Part shown: positions 29,977-43,581 of the stretch, piece after piece
Position numbering within the stretch: position 1 is the stretch's first letter
Layout of the letters: the number at the start of each line of letters is the position of its first letter
Source: the human T2T-CHM13v2.0 reference genome, Homo sapiens
Strand: one strand, 5' to 3'
NCBI RefSeq assembly: GCF_009914755.1
Contig: NC_060938.1
Length of the DNA stretch: 64,000 nucleotides
Made by a program: the position numbers and the translations under genes
Notes under the pieces: generated by a model
Seen by the model: the letters and a program-made list of their open reading frames with translations, nothing else
What the model was told of the DNA's origin: nothing
The model's database searches: none

Positions 29977-30163
29977 GAGAGTTGCAAGATAAAATACAGA
30001 ATATTCAATTAAATTGAGATTTCAGATAAATAACATTTTTTCAGTATAACTATGTCCCAAACATTACATGAAGCATATTTATACTAAAAAAAATCATTGT
30101 TAATCTGAAATTCAAATTTAACTTGGAATTCAGAATTTTAATTTTCTAAATCTGACAACCCTA
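29977..30163. mobile_element. MER53 palindromic hAT MITE
   Basis: TIR-like ends gagagttgcaagat...atctgacaacccta; internal inverted repeat tttcagataaa / atctgaaa and central hairpin agtataactatgtcccaa...catatttatact. Confidence 0.85.
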
Positions 30164-31067
30164 ATTTAAGCATACATGAGTCCAAGAGTTCAAAGACAGT
30201 GCAGTTAACTTAGGAGAAAACTACATTATTGCCTCAAGTATACACAAAGACCTGAAGGAATACTTAAGTTATCAAAATCCCCGAATAATCAGGCAGGTTT
30301 CCCTTCTTTGATTAAAATGGAGAAAGTCATACTATAATTGGTTTACTGTTAAGCTCAACTGGTTCATTTGTAAGAATTATAGAGAGACACAGGGGAGACC
30401 ATAATCAAAGAGATAATGAGATAACATCGTTTAGAAGAAAGAATAGAGATAATTGAGTCAGACAGACTTAAATTTGTGTAATAAAAATAATATATGCTCA
30501 TAAATATTGCTTTAAACTTTTTTAAAAATTGATATTCTAAAAGGCTGTTGGATCAAATAGTTTTAGAAGTATCTTATTGTACCTTTAATTTGCATTTGAG
30601 ATTTTGGAAAAATGGAGAGGGAAGTACTTTGGTGCTTAGTCTGCCATCTTAAAAGAGGTAGATAGAACCAAAGTCCCTATGGACCAGCCATGTAACCTTA
30701 AGTGAGTTTCCTTACCCTAGGCTTCACTTTTCACACGTGCTGGATGTTCATATTATGGCACCCACATTTGTTATGAAGAATAAATAAATGTATATTTGAA
30801 AGCACTATGTAAGCACTGTGTCTAAGACATAAAAGGCCCTGTATAGATATATATCTTTCATTCTTATCTTCTTCCTTTTACTTCTCCTTTTTATGATAAT
30901 TGTGGTATACTTCTACTCAATGAGGTATCTGTTTGTTTATAGCCAACTAGGTGTTACCATTTTTACAACTTGTAAGCATTTTGATTATTAGAAATATAAT
31001 TACTAATTATTCTATAAGGTAAAAATAGTTGTTACTATTATTATTTTTTAAATGAAAAAAAACAGAG

Positions 31068-31429
31068 GCCCTTAGTTCAAATGCTATAACAATTTACATA
31101 GACTGGGTGGCTTAATAGAAATTTACTTCTCACAGTTCTGGAGGCTGGAAAGTCTGAGATCAAAATGTTGGCAGATTAGGTGTCCGATGAGCAGCCTCTT
31201 TCTGGTTTGCAGATTGCCCATCTTCCTGTATCCATATAAGGCAGACAGCATAGAGAGAGGAAACAAGCTTTCTCCTATCTCTTTTTATAAGGACACTAAT
31301 CCCATCAAGAAGTCTCCAACCTCATGATCAAATTACCTTCCAAAGGCTCCATTTCCAAATACCATCACTTTGGGGATTAGAGTTGGAATATACAATTTTG
31401 CAGGGGACACACACATTCCATTTGTAGCA
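31068..31429 (-). mobile_element. MLT1A-like MaLR solo LTR
   Basis: cttagttc...ctcacagttctggaggctgg...ccaaataccatcactttgggg...ggggacacacacattcc...tagca. Confidence 0.8.
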
Positions 31430-32982
31430 GGCTCTGAGGGTTCTAGGGATAGGAATCCAAAACGGGATACCTCAGGTCAAGAAGAATAATATGCATGACA
31501 CAAAAACTTCCTCATTGTGTACTAATTAGAAAATCTATTCCCTATTCAGTTATGCTTAATACCTGATAAGAAAAGTTAAGTAAGATATGAGAGACAAACC
31601 AATAGTCTTTCAACATGTAGATTTTCTCTTACTAATTAGAAGTCACAAAAGTAGACAAGCCCTAAATATGGTACTGAAAAATAAAAATAATGACATCAGT
31701 AACTTTCACAAATGAAACACTCACTAAGTGCTAAGATTCCACACCAAGCACTTTATATGGATGATTGCACGTAACCCTCACAATATCTCTACAATGTAGT
31801 CATTATCATGATTTCCATTTTTATTTCAGGCAGGAAGGGACCAAGAAATTAGGGAAACATGCCCAAGGTCACACAGCTATTAACAGGAAGATCTGGAATT
31901 TAACATAGGTCTGTCTGAATGTCATCTGCACAGGGAAGCATCAAGATGAAATAATTATTTCTTGGAGTATTTCCAAAAATGTAAATGAACACATAAATGT
32001 TTATTGGCTGCTTATTGGATGCCAAGTTACAGTCAGAAAGCCAATATTATGAGTTAAGTGAGGATGATGATTTTTCCCCTGATTTTACTTACAAGGAAAC
32101 TGGCACTTAGTGGCATTTCCAAAATTACACAAGTATGCAGGAGTATTCGCTATGGTTCTAATAACTTTCCATACTCCACACAAACATCATTTGATTTGCA
32201 CCAATTCACTCGATACTACCAATTTTAGTGAAAACCCAAACCAAAAATTTGCCAGGCAATATTCTTTACATTAAAATGGGAATAATCTCAAACTGTTTTG
32301 ATATTTTCATTTCTTGATTCTGGTAAGGCCACTGTTTTGTTTTGATGTGGAAAGCATGTCATATTTGCAAAGAATAGTGGAAGGGAAATGTCTTTGATCA
32401 ATATGTGAGCGAAGTTGGAGGAGTGCCTGGCTTCTGAACTCAGTCCTTTTGAGTCAAGTTCCAACAAGATTCTAAAAGTGGGCATGAATCCTAGCATTGA
32501 ACTGAATAAGAGACTGCAAACAAGGACATTTCCATGATCTACATTGACCATTTGGATTTTTTTTTCTGGCTCTGACTCTAACTGTGTGACCTTGATCTAG
32601 TCACTTAACCTTGAGGAGCGTAAGTCCTTTCATGAAATGAAAGAAAATCACCTTTCCCTAGGGCCTTTTTCTATACTGAAGTAAAAAGTTCTGCTGCCAT
32701 GATTTTGGCAGAAATTATACTGACACCTTAATTTATTCCTCAAAATAATCTGTCTTATTGTGGAAAAATGATAAAACTCAAGAAAAGAATTTGGCAATAA
32801 TCCCACTGACACATTACCCTTCCCAAAATACTATTTGATATAGCCAACCATCTGAGAAATAAATCAGAAAGAATGAGAATAGAGAATACTTGGTACCAAA
32901 GAAACAACAGTGAGCAGTGAAATCAGTAAAGCTGGAAGTCATTCTCTAGGCTAGACTTCTTTTTAAAGGGTCAATGTGCAAG

Positions 32983-33829
32983 TGTTCTGGGCTGAATTGT
33001 ATCACACCAAAAAAATATGCTGAAGTCCTGATCCCAAGTAAATCAGCATGTGACCTTATTTGGAAAAGTGGCTCTTCTAGATGTAATCAATCTAAAATAA
33101 GGTGATTGGCATAGAGAGTAGAAGGATAGTTACCAGAGGCTAGGAAGGATAGTTGGGGAGTAGGTGGAGGTGTAGGGGGAGGTGGGGATGGTTAATGGGT
33201 ACAAAAATAGTTACAAAGAATAAATAAGACCTACTCGTTGACAGCACCATAAAGTGACTTAGTAAATCATAACTTAATTGTACATTTAAAAATAACTAAA
33301 AGAATATGATTGGATGGTTGGTAACTCAAAGGAGAAATGCTTGAGGGGATGGATACCATATTCTCCATGATGTGATTATTGTGCATTGCATGTCTGTATC
33401 AAAACATCTCATGTACCCCATCGATATATTCACCTACTCTGTTCCTACAAATATTAACAATTAAAAAAAATTAAAAATAATATGAGGTAATTGGTGTGGG
33501 TCCTATTCTGATGTGGCTGGTGTTGTTATAGGAAGGGGACATTTTGACATAGAGCCAGTTAGACATAGGGGGAAGATGCTGTGAAAAGAGAGTGGGAGAA
33601 GATGGCCCTGTGAGGGAGTGACACATACACAGCCAAGCAACACCAGGGACTACCAGAAAACACCAGAAGCTAGAAGACACAGAAAGGCTTATCCCAGAGA
33701 GAGTGGGGGGTCTGCTAACACCTTTATTTTGGAATTCTAGCTTTCAGCATTGTGAGGAAATAAAGTGCTGCTGTTTCAAGTCACCTATTTTTTGGTGCTT
33801 TGATGTGGAAGCCCTAGGAAACTAATAGA
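32983..33829 (+). mobile_element. MLT1B/C-like LTR interrupted by L1MA
   Basis: tgttctgggctgaattgt ... gccctaggaaactaataga; perfect 5-bp TSD GCAAG (32978-32982, 33830-33834). Confidence 0.85.
33110..33480 (+). mobile_element. L1MA-type 3' end nested in MLT1
   Basis: gagagtagaaggatagttaccagaggct...ggggatggttaatgggtacaaa...A-rich tail; degenerate TSD aggt(g/a)attgg on both sides. Confidence 0.85.
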
Positions 33830-34182
33830 GCAAGCGTCTCCTGGTTTTCTTATACCCCCGATTTACACTGTAGGCTGAACTCTGTATCAACAGCCCCTAC
33901 TTGTCATGGTCAAGTGTGTGCATGCTTATACACACACACACATGCACACATACACTGACAAGTTTTATTTAATATATGTCAGTTAATTGACATTGGTCAC
34001 AGAAGAAACCAGCACCCTGCTTTATTCCTCTTCATTGTAAGTGACTTCTCGTGAGCTCTGCTTGTTGTTGTACAAAACCAGTAAAAATAAGTTCCATTTA
34101 GAATTCCAAAAAAGAGCTAATGAAACTTCAACTTAAATTTATTGAGAAAATTGAACACACCTACACTATATTAGGAAAATGG

Positions 34183-34483
34183 GGCCGGGTGTGGTGGCTA
34201 ATGCCTGTAATCTCAACACTTTGGGAGGCTGAGGTGGGCAGATCACTTGAGGTCAGGAGTTTGAGACCAGCCTCGTCAACTTGGTGAAACCCTTTCTCTA
34301 CTAAAAATACAAAAAGTAGCCAGGCGTGGTGGTGCGCGCCTGTAGTCCCAGCTTCTCAGGAGGCTGAGGCATGGAGAATCACTTGAACCTGGGAAGTGGA
34401 GATTGCAGTGAGTCGCGATCACGCCATTGCACTTCAGCCTGGGTGACAGAGTGAGACCTTGTCTGAAAAATAATTAAAATAAA
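34183..34483 (+). mobile_element. AluS (Sx/Sz-like)
   Basis: Full dimeric Alu with degenerate A tail. Confidence 0.95.
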
Positions 34484-35587
34484 AGGAAATATTGCATATT
34501 GAACGTTATCATTTGTGCAGGCTTTGATTCAGAAATATGTTGAAGATTTGTCTGACAGTGATGATATGCAGAAAAGAACATCAGTATTAGGAGACAGCTG
34601 GCTACTGGGCCTGAGATTACTCCTTTGATGACACCCTCAGCCCCTTGGCTTGGAATTTTGCATCTCTTATCGTCCACCTGTGCCTTATTTTCCTTCCTAG
34701 AACACCTGCGACTCTGTTGTTAATACTGTTATGAATTTACTGAGGTCAAAATATTCTACACACAGGCATTGATGGATGTAGGGCACTAATGGAAGAAAAT
34801 AAAGGTGCCAGTAACTGAAGCACAAAAATATAATCACGAGTAAAATATTTGGGTGTTCCAGCGTGTGACATCAAGTAAAATGAAATCATAAACACACCTA
34901 TGAACGTATATAATACTTCTTTAGTGATTCATTAATTGTCTCACTCCTTGACATTTTCCTCAACTTTCCAATTTCCCCATTCCATTTGGATGATATCACT
35001 TTTGGACCTTTGCCTAATGCTGCATTCTATACTGTTGAAAATTGGTGAAACTTTCCAAATCTGACTATTCTTTATTTCACAGATCAATGCTTATTCTCTA
35101 TTAGCTTATATATACTTTAATGGCAAGAAATATGTCTTGTACATATTTGTATAACTCCATATGCTCATTCCAGAACATAGCAGAGTTCCTGCCTCATAGA
35201 AACCATCCAGCAAGTGTTTGTTGATACGAGCTCTCAAGAAAAATTAGAACGACATAAAGCTAATCTAATTCCTTACATTTAGTTGGACAGTGGACCAAAA
35301 ATTCCTGTGTTGAATTAAAAAACCATTCAACTCACCTTCTCCATCCTGTATCTTGTACTGTTGTTTTTCTATTGGAATAATAGTAGAAACTTTGAGGAAA
35401 TGAGACATTCTGATAACTCTCGCAGTGCTTGGCACATAGACATCATCCTAAATGTTTCCTTATTGAATAATTGACCTTTGCTATGAAAAGGTGTCTGTAC
35501 CTTTCTCCCTGGAACTCTTCTCTCCTTTACTGATTATTAACACCTTTTCTAAGGGACTCACAATATCCAAACATTATATTCAGTATA

Positions 35588-35764
35588 TTTTCTTTCTTCT
35601 CTTCTTTTCCTTTCCTTTCCTCTCCTTTCCTTTCCTCTTCTCTCCTCTCTCTTTCTTTCTTTCCTTTTCTTTCTTTTTTCTTTCTTTTCTTTCCTTCCTT
35701 CCTTCCTTTCTTTCTTTCTCTCTTTCTTTCTTTTTTCTGTTCATCTCTTTATTTCTTCCCCTTT
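35588..35764. repeat. TC-rich (TTTC/TTCC)n tract
   Basis: Directly visible. Confidence 0.95.
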
Positions 35765-36479
35765 AATGCTTAAATTTACATATTTTGGTCACTAAGTTTC
35801 ATTATTTCACCAATTTAAAATTGGGGAAGCCAAATTTTCTTTAGGGATAACTTTACTTCAAATCTGTTGGCTCCAAAAGCCAACATAGGGTTACACATTT
35901 TAAGTCATGATAGGCCCTTGACAGCTGCACATTAGATAAATGAGAAGGTCAGAACTGCAACACAAAAATCAGCATGAATAGACAGCATATGCAGGAAGGA
36001 TCCTCCCACAGCACATCTTGTTGAAATGATAAATGTGGAAAAATAATTTACGAAATAGCATGTAGGGCCATTTTAAAACTGAAACCAAGGATAGAATCAA
36101 CCACTTCACGCCTCTGAAATGTAAAGTAGAAGCAAAAAAGGTTGCGAGTTTCTGGATGTTCTGGTTACCTGTTAATTGGATCTCTGATAGTTGTCTTACC
36201 TGAATCCACCATCTTTCCACACACAACAATGGGTGCACAGACATCAACACATTGGTAATCTTTCCAACCCAAACAGGGTCACCAGTTTAGGTGATTAGCC
36301 CTACAGTCTGCCACAGGCTCTGTTGCCTGAACGCCATGCACAGAGGCAGAGAGATGCCCACAGGAATGAGACAAGAGTGTGGCTCACAGATGGCTCCCCT
36401 GGAGGGAGGAAGAAAGTCAGTCACACGTACAGTTGGTTTCCATGCTCTTTGACTAAAAGCGTTGAAGAAAACTTCACTT

Positions 36480-36615
36480 AAACTACCTATTGTGTATTAT
36501 GCTGATTACCTGGGTGACAAAAACAAATGTACACTAAACCTCCTCCGTGACATGCAAGTTACCCATGTAACAAATCTGCACATGTACCTCTTGACCCTAA
36601 AATAAAGAAAAAAAG
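36480..36615 (+). mobile_element. Short old L1PA 3' terminal fragment
   Basis: aactacctattg...tacctgggtgac...atgtaacaaatctgcacatgtacc...ctaaaataaa. Confidence 0.8.
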
Positions 36616-37999
36616 ATTTCCCAATTCATCTTTTTAAGTCAAAATATTTCAAACTGACTTGCTAGTTTTATAAATATAACTTCATCTTTCTTAATAACCA
36701 CCACACATTTTAATGAATTTTTTCAGTTGTTATATGTGTCTTTTCCTATCAAAAGTCAGAGATGACTAATGTATTTGACAAGGTTGAAATTGGTAGCATT
36801 TTAGGTTATTGCCAGAGTATGTTCTGTAGCTTACACAGGTATATAAATATACAAGACAATGGCTGATTTTTACAAATAAAAAACTTGCTTTTTTCTGCTG
36901 AATAATGATTTCCCTAAAGACCACAAATCTATTGATTATTCAAATCTAAGTTTATTAGATTTGTTGCAGTACTGGATAACACAATCTCGATAAGGTCAAG
37001 GGGAAATAATGAGAGAGAATATTTATGGAAGGGCCCAGATTGGGTCATTTTTTAAGGTGGGTCTTGCAAGACAGAGTTTATACAATAGTAGCTTTGGGTT
37101 GATGAGAATAGGACTATGGGGATCCAGAAGGAAGTTCTGATGAGCAAACTATTAGTCTTGACAAGTAAGCTATTTTAGTTGGCTGTTGGTATTATCTTCC
37201 AAGAGCAAGGATCTTCCAGGAACTAAGTTACTGTTGCTTGTTCTCAGTGTTGTTTAATATTAAGGACCAAAAAATATGCCTGATTGTAATATTATTTAAC
37301 ATAAGGACAAGACATGATACCAAGTTCAATCTTTTTTCTCTTTTATTTCTTCCTTTTCCACTCCCTCCCTCCTTCTTTCTTTGCTTGTCTGCTTTCAAAA
37401 CTGAATCAAGGCAGCCTGCAATGAATGTTCAGTGGCAGTAAAACTGAAAACCATGTAGTGAAACAGAGAAATCATAAATAAAAGAGGAAAAAGAAGCTCT
37501 ATTAAAACTGTCATGGCCAGAGCTATCCATGAGCATCCTGAAAGTTCTCACAAAGAAGGGAATAAGATCTCTACAAAGTAAAAATTGTCTATAGCAAGGA
37601 ACAGATTTGTTTCATTAATAAAAAGAAACGGTTTCCTGGCCCTTAGCTTTGTGGAACAAAACATGCTAGAGAGAAACAAAGATTTAAAAAACACGTGGAA
37701 GGCTTTACCTTACCCTGTTATGTTGAAACCTCAGGTACTCCTGATGACTCAGTTAAAAATAGAATATGAGAGGATGTAAGTGTGCTATAATGACAACATC
37801 TTTATATGACATCCTTGAGTGGGGACCTGATTTCCGACCTTACGCTTTTCACTGGCCTAAAACATTACAGAAAGCCCTAGGTCTCTGGTTTGGGGCTTTC
37901 CTAACCAGAGAATTTGCTTTCTCCACATAGGCTGCATAACCTACCAATTCAGGAATGCCTCTTTGGCATTAGTGGTATTATTTGGCATTATTCTTTGGC

Positions 38000-38440
38000 A
38001 TAGAATTATTGTTCCCAATTTTTCACTCCCTTGTAGTATCATCCATCCACGTTCTTGCCATGGGCTCAGAATAGACAGAAAATGTTTCCCTGGCTGCTGA
38101 CCTTTGATTTGGCCATGGAACTTGTTTTAGATAGTGGGATGTTAGTACAATTGAAATGTGATTTGAAATGTGCATGCAGGATTGGACTTGTCTTCTTGCA
38201 CTTTTCCCATAGCCATGATAGAAAGTTCCTGAGTTGCCTACTCGTTACAGAACAAGAGACTCTGACCTCAATCCGTGGCCCAAAGTTTAAGTTTAGTGGA
38301 ACCCAGATCAGTTTAATGAAACTCTAGCTGGCCCAAAGATGTGTGAGCACAAATTAATTCTGTGTTTTTCAGCCACCGAGCTGAGGAGTGGGGGTGGGGA
38401 TGGCTGCACAGCGGTACTGTGGCATTGACTGACTTCTACA
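38000..38440 (+). mobile_element. Ancient MLT1 (H-J-like) LTR relic
   Basis: attattgttcccaat...gacctttgatttggccatg...cagccaccgag...gactgact; approximate. Confidence 0.45.
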
Positions 38441-38749
38441 GCCTCCCTGAGACATTTCAGAGCCTAGTCCTTCATGTATATCATTCCTGTTCTGCCTCAG
38501 TAATTAATAAGTCAGAATTGTTATTTTTAGCAATCTGAAAACCTGGTCCAGACCTTTGTGGTCTGGCCTAGCTCAGTAAAGTTTTAGTTGTCTCCCTCCA
38601 AACTCATGAATGCATTGGCCAATGACCCATCAAATTTCTGCTGATGGCTGCAACAGAAAGAAAGATTATTTGAGAAATTGCCCAAACCTTGCCCTAAGGT
38701 CTAGAAATATCTGTAGGCTTCTATTGTTCCTGAGTTCACTGACATTCAG

Positions 38750-38791
38750 CACACACCACACACAAACACACACACACACACAGGCACACAC
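38750..38791. repeat. Imperfect (CA)n
   Basis: Directly visible. Confidence 0.9.
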
Positions 38792-40234
38792 TTTAGTACA
38801 ATTTTTCTTGTGTCTTAAATAACACTGCTCCAGGATCTGCTTACCTTTCCCTGAAATGGGGGTGGAGAATGTTGAATGCCTTCCACATGAAAGACGGGCA
38901 AGGTAGGGAGGGAGTAGAATTGATACTGTGGCTCTTAGAGCAGTCACAGAGGCAGCCAGTCCCCCAGGAGAGAAGAGTAATGCTTTGCTCTTTTTGTTGC
39001 TTCTGGGTGAAAAGGGAAAACCTGAGGCTCATCCAGATACTTCCCTCTCAAATTCAACTAATTTGAGTTAAGAGTGCCTCTCACCATCCTCATACACCAT
39101 CAGGAATCATGTCTGATTTTACCACCACCACCAACCCCTGAAAGTGATGCTTATTTAAACAAAATTCCACATAAAATAAAAATAATCTCAGAATTGGTGG
39201 GTGGGAGGGCAGATGTTGCTCAACCCTGTAATTTGGCCAACCTTGAGATTTGACAGTGTCTTTTGTTAGATATGTGCCTGGGTTCTGTCTTCCCTCAGGG
39301 ATATCCCAGGTAATATTCTCACACTGGTGCCAAACCCATTACCCAGAGAAACAATCAGCTTATCTTCCACCTCTGGCAACATTTATTCTTTTATTTATTT
39401 ATTTGGATAGACTTGATTTTGGCTTATTACTAATAATCTTAGTTTGCATTTTGATTAATGTTTAAGCCCCTTCAAATCCTTTTGGAAAAGGCTGAGGGCT
39501 AAAGCTTAAATAAACAATGGGATATTCTCAGACTTCAAAAAAGCATTACCTTAAGGGAACTAGCCAGGCTGTGGAGTGCTGAGCCTCTTTCTGCCTAGTC
39601 CTAATTAGCTTTGGGATCTGGCAAACCTGTGCAATCCAAATGCATTCAGCACAGTCTCTGGCATGCTTTCTCAACTACCCTCATGTCTGGGCTCACCACA
39701 TCCTTGGATTATCATCTGAAGAAAACATTTCCTTCTGTTCTTGTCAAGTTCTGCCTGGGGAATATCAGTCCTTCTCACCCATCTTCCCATCTTTCCTTTG
39801 AGTTGTGACAAAAATAAGTCAGGTGGTTTAGTCTTTCTTGCCCCAAATGTAAGACCTTCAGGCTAATGATTTTGACCTTTAAGAGAAGCAACAGAGAACC
39901 ACCACCATCAAAACATTGGGGAATAGGAGGTCTGACTGCAAGTCTCTCCTCTGAGAGTTACTCTTATAGACCTTGAATAGGAATAGGGAGAAGACTTACC
40001 AATTTACAAGAAAAACCAAGTAAGATTCCTCTCCAATGCCCTCCATGGGTCAGCACAAGGCCTGCCCTATGGAAGTAGAACTTTGCACAGATGGAAGAAA
40101 ACAATCCTGTCAATGAAGAAAAAAAAGAGCTGGAGAAGGCTGTTCACTTTTTATCTTCCTCATCATACCTTTGCTTCTGCTCTCCTTGGGATGTCAACCA
40201 TTCCAAGGCTTTGCTAGCTGTAAAGCAGGTAGAT

Positions 40235-40472
40235 CAGGGGTCAGAAAATCATAGCCCATGGGCCAAATGCAGCTCCCACCTGTTTTTTTTTTTTTTTTTT
40301 TTTTTTTTGGTAAATGAAGTTCTGTTGGAGCAAGCTACACTCATTTGTTAATGTACTGTCTATGTCTGCTTTCGTACAGCAATGGCAGAGTTCAGTAGTT
40401 GAAACAGACACTGTATAGTCTGCAAAAACTAAAATATTTACTATCTAATCTTTATAGAAAAATTTTGTTGAC
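40235..40472 (+). mobile_element. MER58A hAT-Charlie MITE with internal T26 expansion (40283-40308)
   Basis: caggggtcag...gcccatgggccaaat...ggcagagttcagtagttg...aaaatatttactatct. Confidence 0.85.
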
Positions 40473-41704
40473 AGAGGAAAGGACAAGCATAAAAGGAAGC
40501 CCAAGATAAACCTGGTTTCAAAACGCAATATAATTTCAGTTCCCATTCCTCTGGCCAGGATCATTTTTTCCATATTTGCAGACATGGAGCAGAATTCTCT
40601 CAAGAATTATACTCAGAAATCAACATAGCCCCAATTGATAATAGATATTCCCAGCAAGACATGCATTTTCGAAGAAAAGTTCCCCATGGAAATTATCTTC
40701 CAACAAGTATAAAGAAGGCCAGGATATAGCATAATTTCCATCATGCCTAAACCCATATTTTTTTTTTTTAACTTCTCTGCAGGTTCCTAGCCTGAAATTA
40801 AGTCCTCAGCTACTTACTGAAAAGGACTCTCCAAAGCATCCTTTATGAGATTTCACACTATGATGCAAGGGCTCTTCTAAACCCTCACGGAGAAAATACA
40901 ACCACAAAAGGCCTTGGCAAGTAGATAAGAATAAAATCAATTCACATCCCTCTGTAAGATATGTGTTCTTTAGAGAGAATTAAAAACCTGTTGGGATGCT
41001 TGTCCACACTGCCTGCTTGTAAAGCATATTCAATTATTCATTTTATTCAGCTGACTGACCACTTAAAAACTATGTAGTCAGTGCTTCAGCAATAATTTTA
41101 TTTCTAAGTGTTCCACCTGGTTATTTTTCTGTGTGTGCACACTATTAATTAATGACTATGGAGAAGTCCATAAATTTCAGCATTCAGTAGCAGTGGTGCT
41201 TGAATCTATTACCCATGAAAGCCAGCATCCACAGTCACTGAGTAGGCACAAAGAGATAAGTATTGATTTTATTTTTGAGTTTTAATTTCTTCTCATTGAA
41301 TCTGAATGAGTGAACTGCATTTAAACAACCCTCACAGTGCAGTGAAGCAGGGCGCAATACACATGGTCATTGCTCCACGGGACGGGCTTAGCCTACCTGC
41401 TCACATTCTGAAGGCTTTGTGTGTATCACTGATGGAGATGATAAACCATTTGAGGCTCCTAAAAACGCAGCCAAATCCTCTCTAGGCATTAGTGTCTTAT
41501 TAAATTGGGACAAGGGAATTATCGACCTCCTGTGTTCAAAACCTAAGGCTCCAATAAAACTACTGATGTGCTTGCATTTGGTTGATTTAGCTTCCCTGAA
41601 TGTCATGGAGATGGTATTAATGAGACAGCACAGTATCTCCAACTGGCAACTGGGGATTTCAGGGCTCTAGTGTGGCCCTGTGCTTCTCTGATGCAACCTA
41701 CAAT

Positions 41705-42437
41705 TGATATGGACAGGAGACAGGGAAACACTGGGTTGAAGCTGGTGGTTCTCCAGCGAAGGCCCCACCCTCAAGGCTGGAGACCCGTGGCCCTAAATGG
41801 GGACAGGCATTCCTGTTTTTGTGCCCAAAAAGTTGCCTTTTGACCTGCCATGCCCACTATCGTGTACCCATATAAACCCCAAACCCCAGGCTCTAGAAGC
41901 AGACAGGCAGACAAGCAGATGAGGAGACAAGGAGACAAGCCGAGGAATGGTGGAAAGATGCAGCAGAGAAAGAGAGAGGAGGAGGAATGTCTGAACGCAG
42001 AGAGGAGTTCGGCTACTGGACAGCCAGGCTCCAGGGGAATGTCATCTTCCGACCCCTTCCCCCCAAGGGGATCCCCATCCATCCCGCTGAGAGCCACCTC
42101 CACCACTCAATAACCCCCTCTCCGCCACCCCGCATACCTCCTTCAGGTCCATGTGTGACCCAAATCTTGTGGGACGCTGGACAAGAGCTCAGGATACAGA
42201 AAGTTGTCACACACTGCCTTGCAGAAAGGCAGATGTCCACTGAGCTGGTTAACACTCAAACTGTCCACGGATGGCAGTGCTGAAAGGCACACTAACACAT
42301 ACTCACCTGGGCTCCTGTATCTATCCATCTGCATGCCCCGCCTCCCATCAGGGCTTTGAGCAGTGTCAGCAACTGAACAGGCGAGCCATACTCCTGTCAC
42401 ACATCCCGCCAGGGGGATCAGGGAATCTCCCATTTCA
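41705..42437 (+). mobile_element. LTR1-family (ERV1) solo LTR, 733 bp
   Basis: TG...CA termini: tgatatggacaggagacagggaaa ... gggatcagggaatctcccatttca. 4-bp TSD CAAT/CAGT; TATAAA at 41871-41876. Confidence 0.88.
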
Positions 42438-42859
42438 CAGTGCTATAGGATAAGGCAAGAATTGCATGTGCCTCTGTGCTCCATCTGTTTCATGAAGATG
42501 AGAAAACCCAGACCACCAACCTATCTCGACCAAAATCCACATAGAGAAGTTGAAGGAAAAATTTCTACTTCTTTTAACAAAAGTGAATGCTTTTAGCTAC
42601 TATAAATTCTTGGTGTCAGATACAGAGAAATGTTTTAAAAAGTAGAATGGGTAGAAAGAAAACTCTTATAATGCTTGAGGCTTAAAATAAAATATCTGAA
42701 ATCATTTTACTGAACAAATATTACTGTAGTGCTTACTATGTGCTGATGTGTGATGCAGGCAATTAATGAAAATTAATGAGTGTAAACCTCATAACAATAA
42801 GCAGATCAGGTACTATTACCATTACCTGGAGAGAGTTGTTCTGGATTTTTTTATTAGTT

Positions 42860-42996
42860 TATTTTCAAAAGACTTCCCAAGAATCTACTCCACATCCACT
42901 CATACAAACTTTCTGGGAGTTATTTCCTAGAAATCTGCATTTTGTGAAGCTCCCCAAGAGATTCTGATGCAGCCAGATGAGTGTTTAGAAATCACT
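42860..42996. mobile_element. MER5-like hAT fragment
   Basis: aatctgcatttt...agctcccca...gattctgatgcagcc...tttagaaatcactg. Confidence 0.6.
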
Positions 42997-43238
42997 GAAG
43001 TTTGACACCTTCACAGAGTTGCTGCATAGCTTGTTGCTGCTTTGAAATGAATCTAGCTCCTGTTGCTTTTTCCCAATTATGACCTCAGTTCCACATCTGT
43101 AAAATGAGGGTCTTCTAACCATATGGAACCTCAAATGTTTAATCTCTAAGGCAAGGGGCTGGTGTCAACTTGGGAACACATTTCCTGGAAAAAGCAGCAG
43201 GACTGGAGTTTGCCTTGAGTGTGGGTTCTGAGGAATGA

Positions 43239-43581
<343 letters not shown>

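Noticed and set aside
36960-37302. Possible old ERV1-type LTR (TG...CA-bounded segment)
   Set aside because: Could not assign a family or find a convincing TSD; needs Dfam.
41771-42596. Cluster of overlapping 60-111 aa ORFs on both strands
   Set aside because: Lie in or start within the GC-rich LTR1, where stop codons are scarce; no gag/pol/env similarity.
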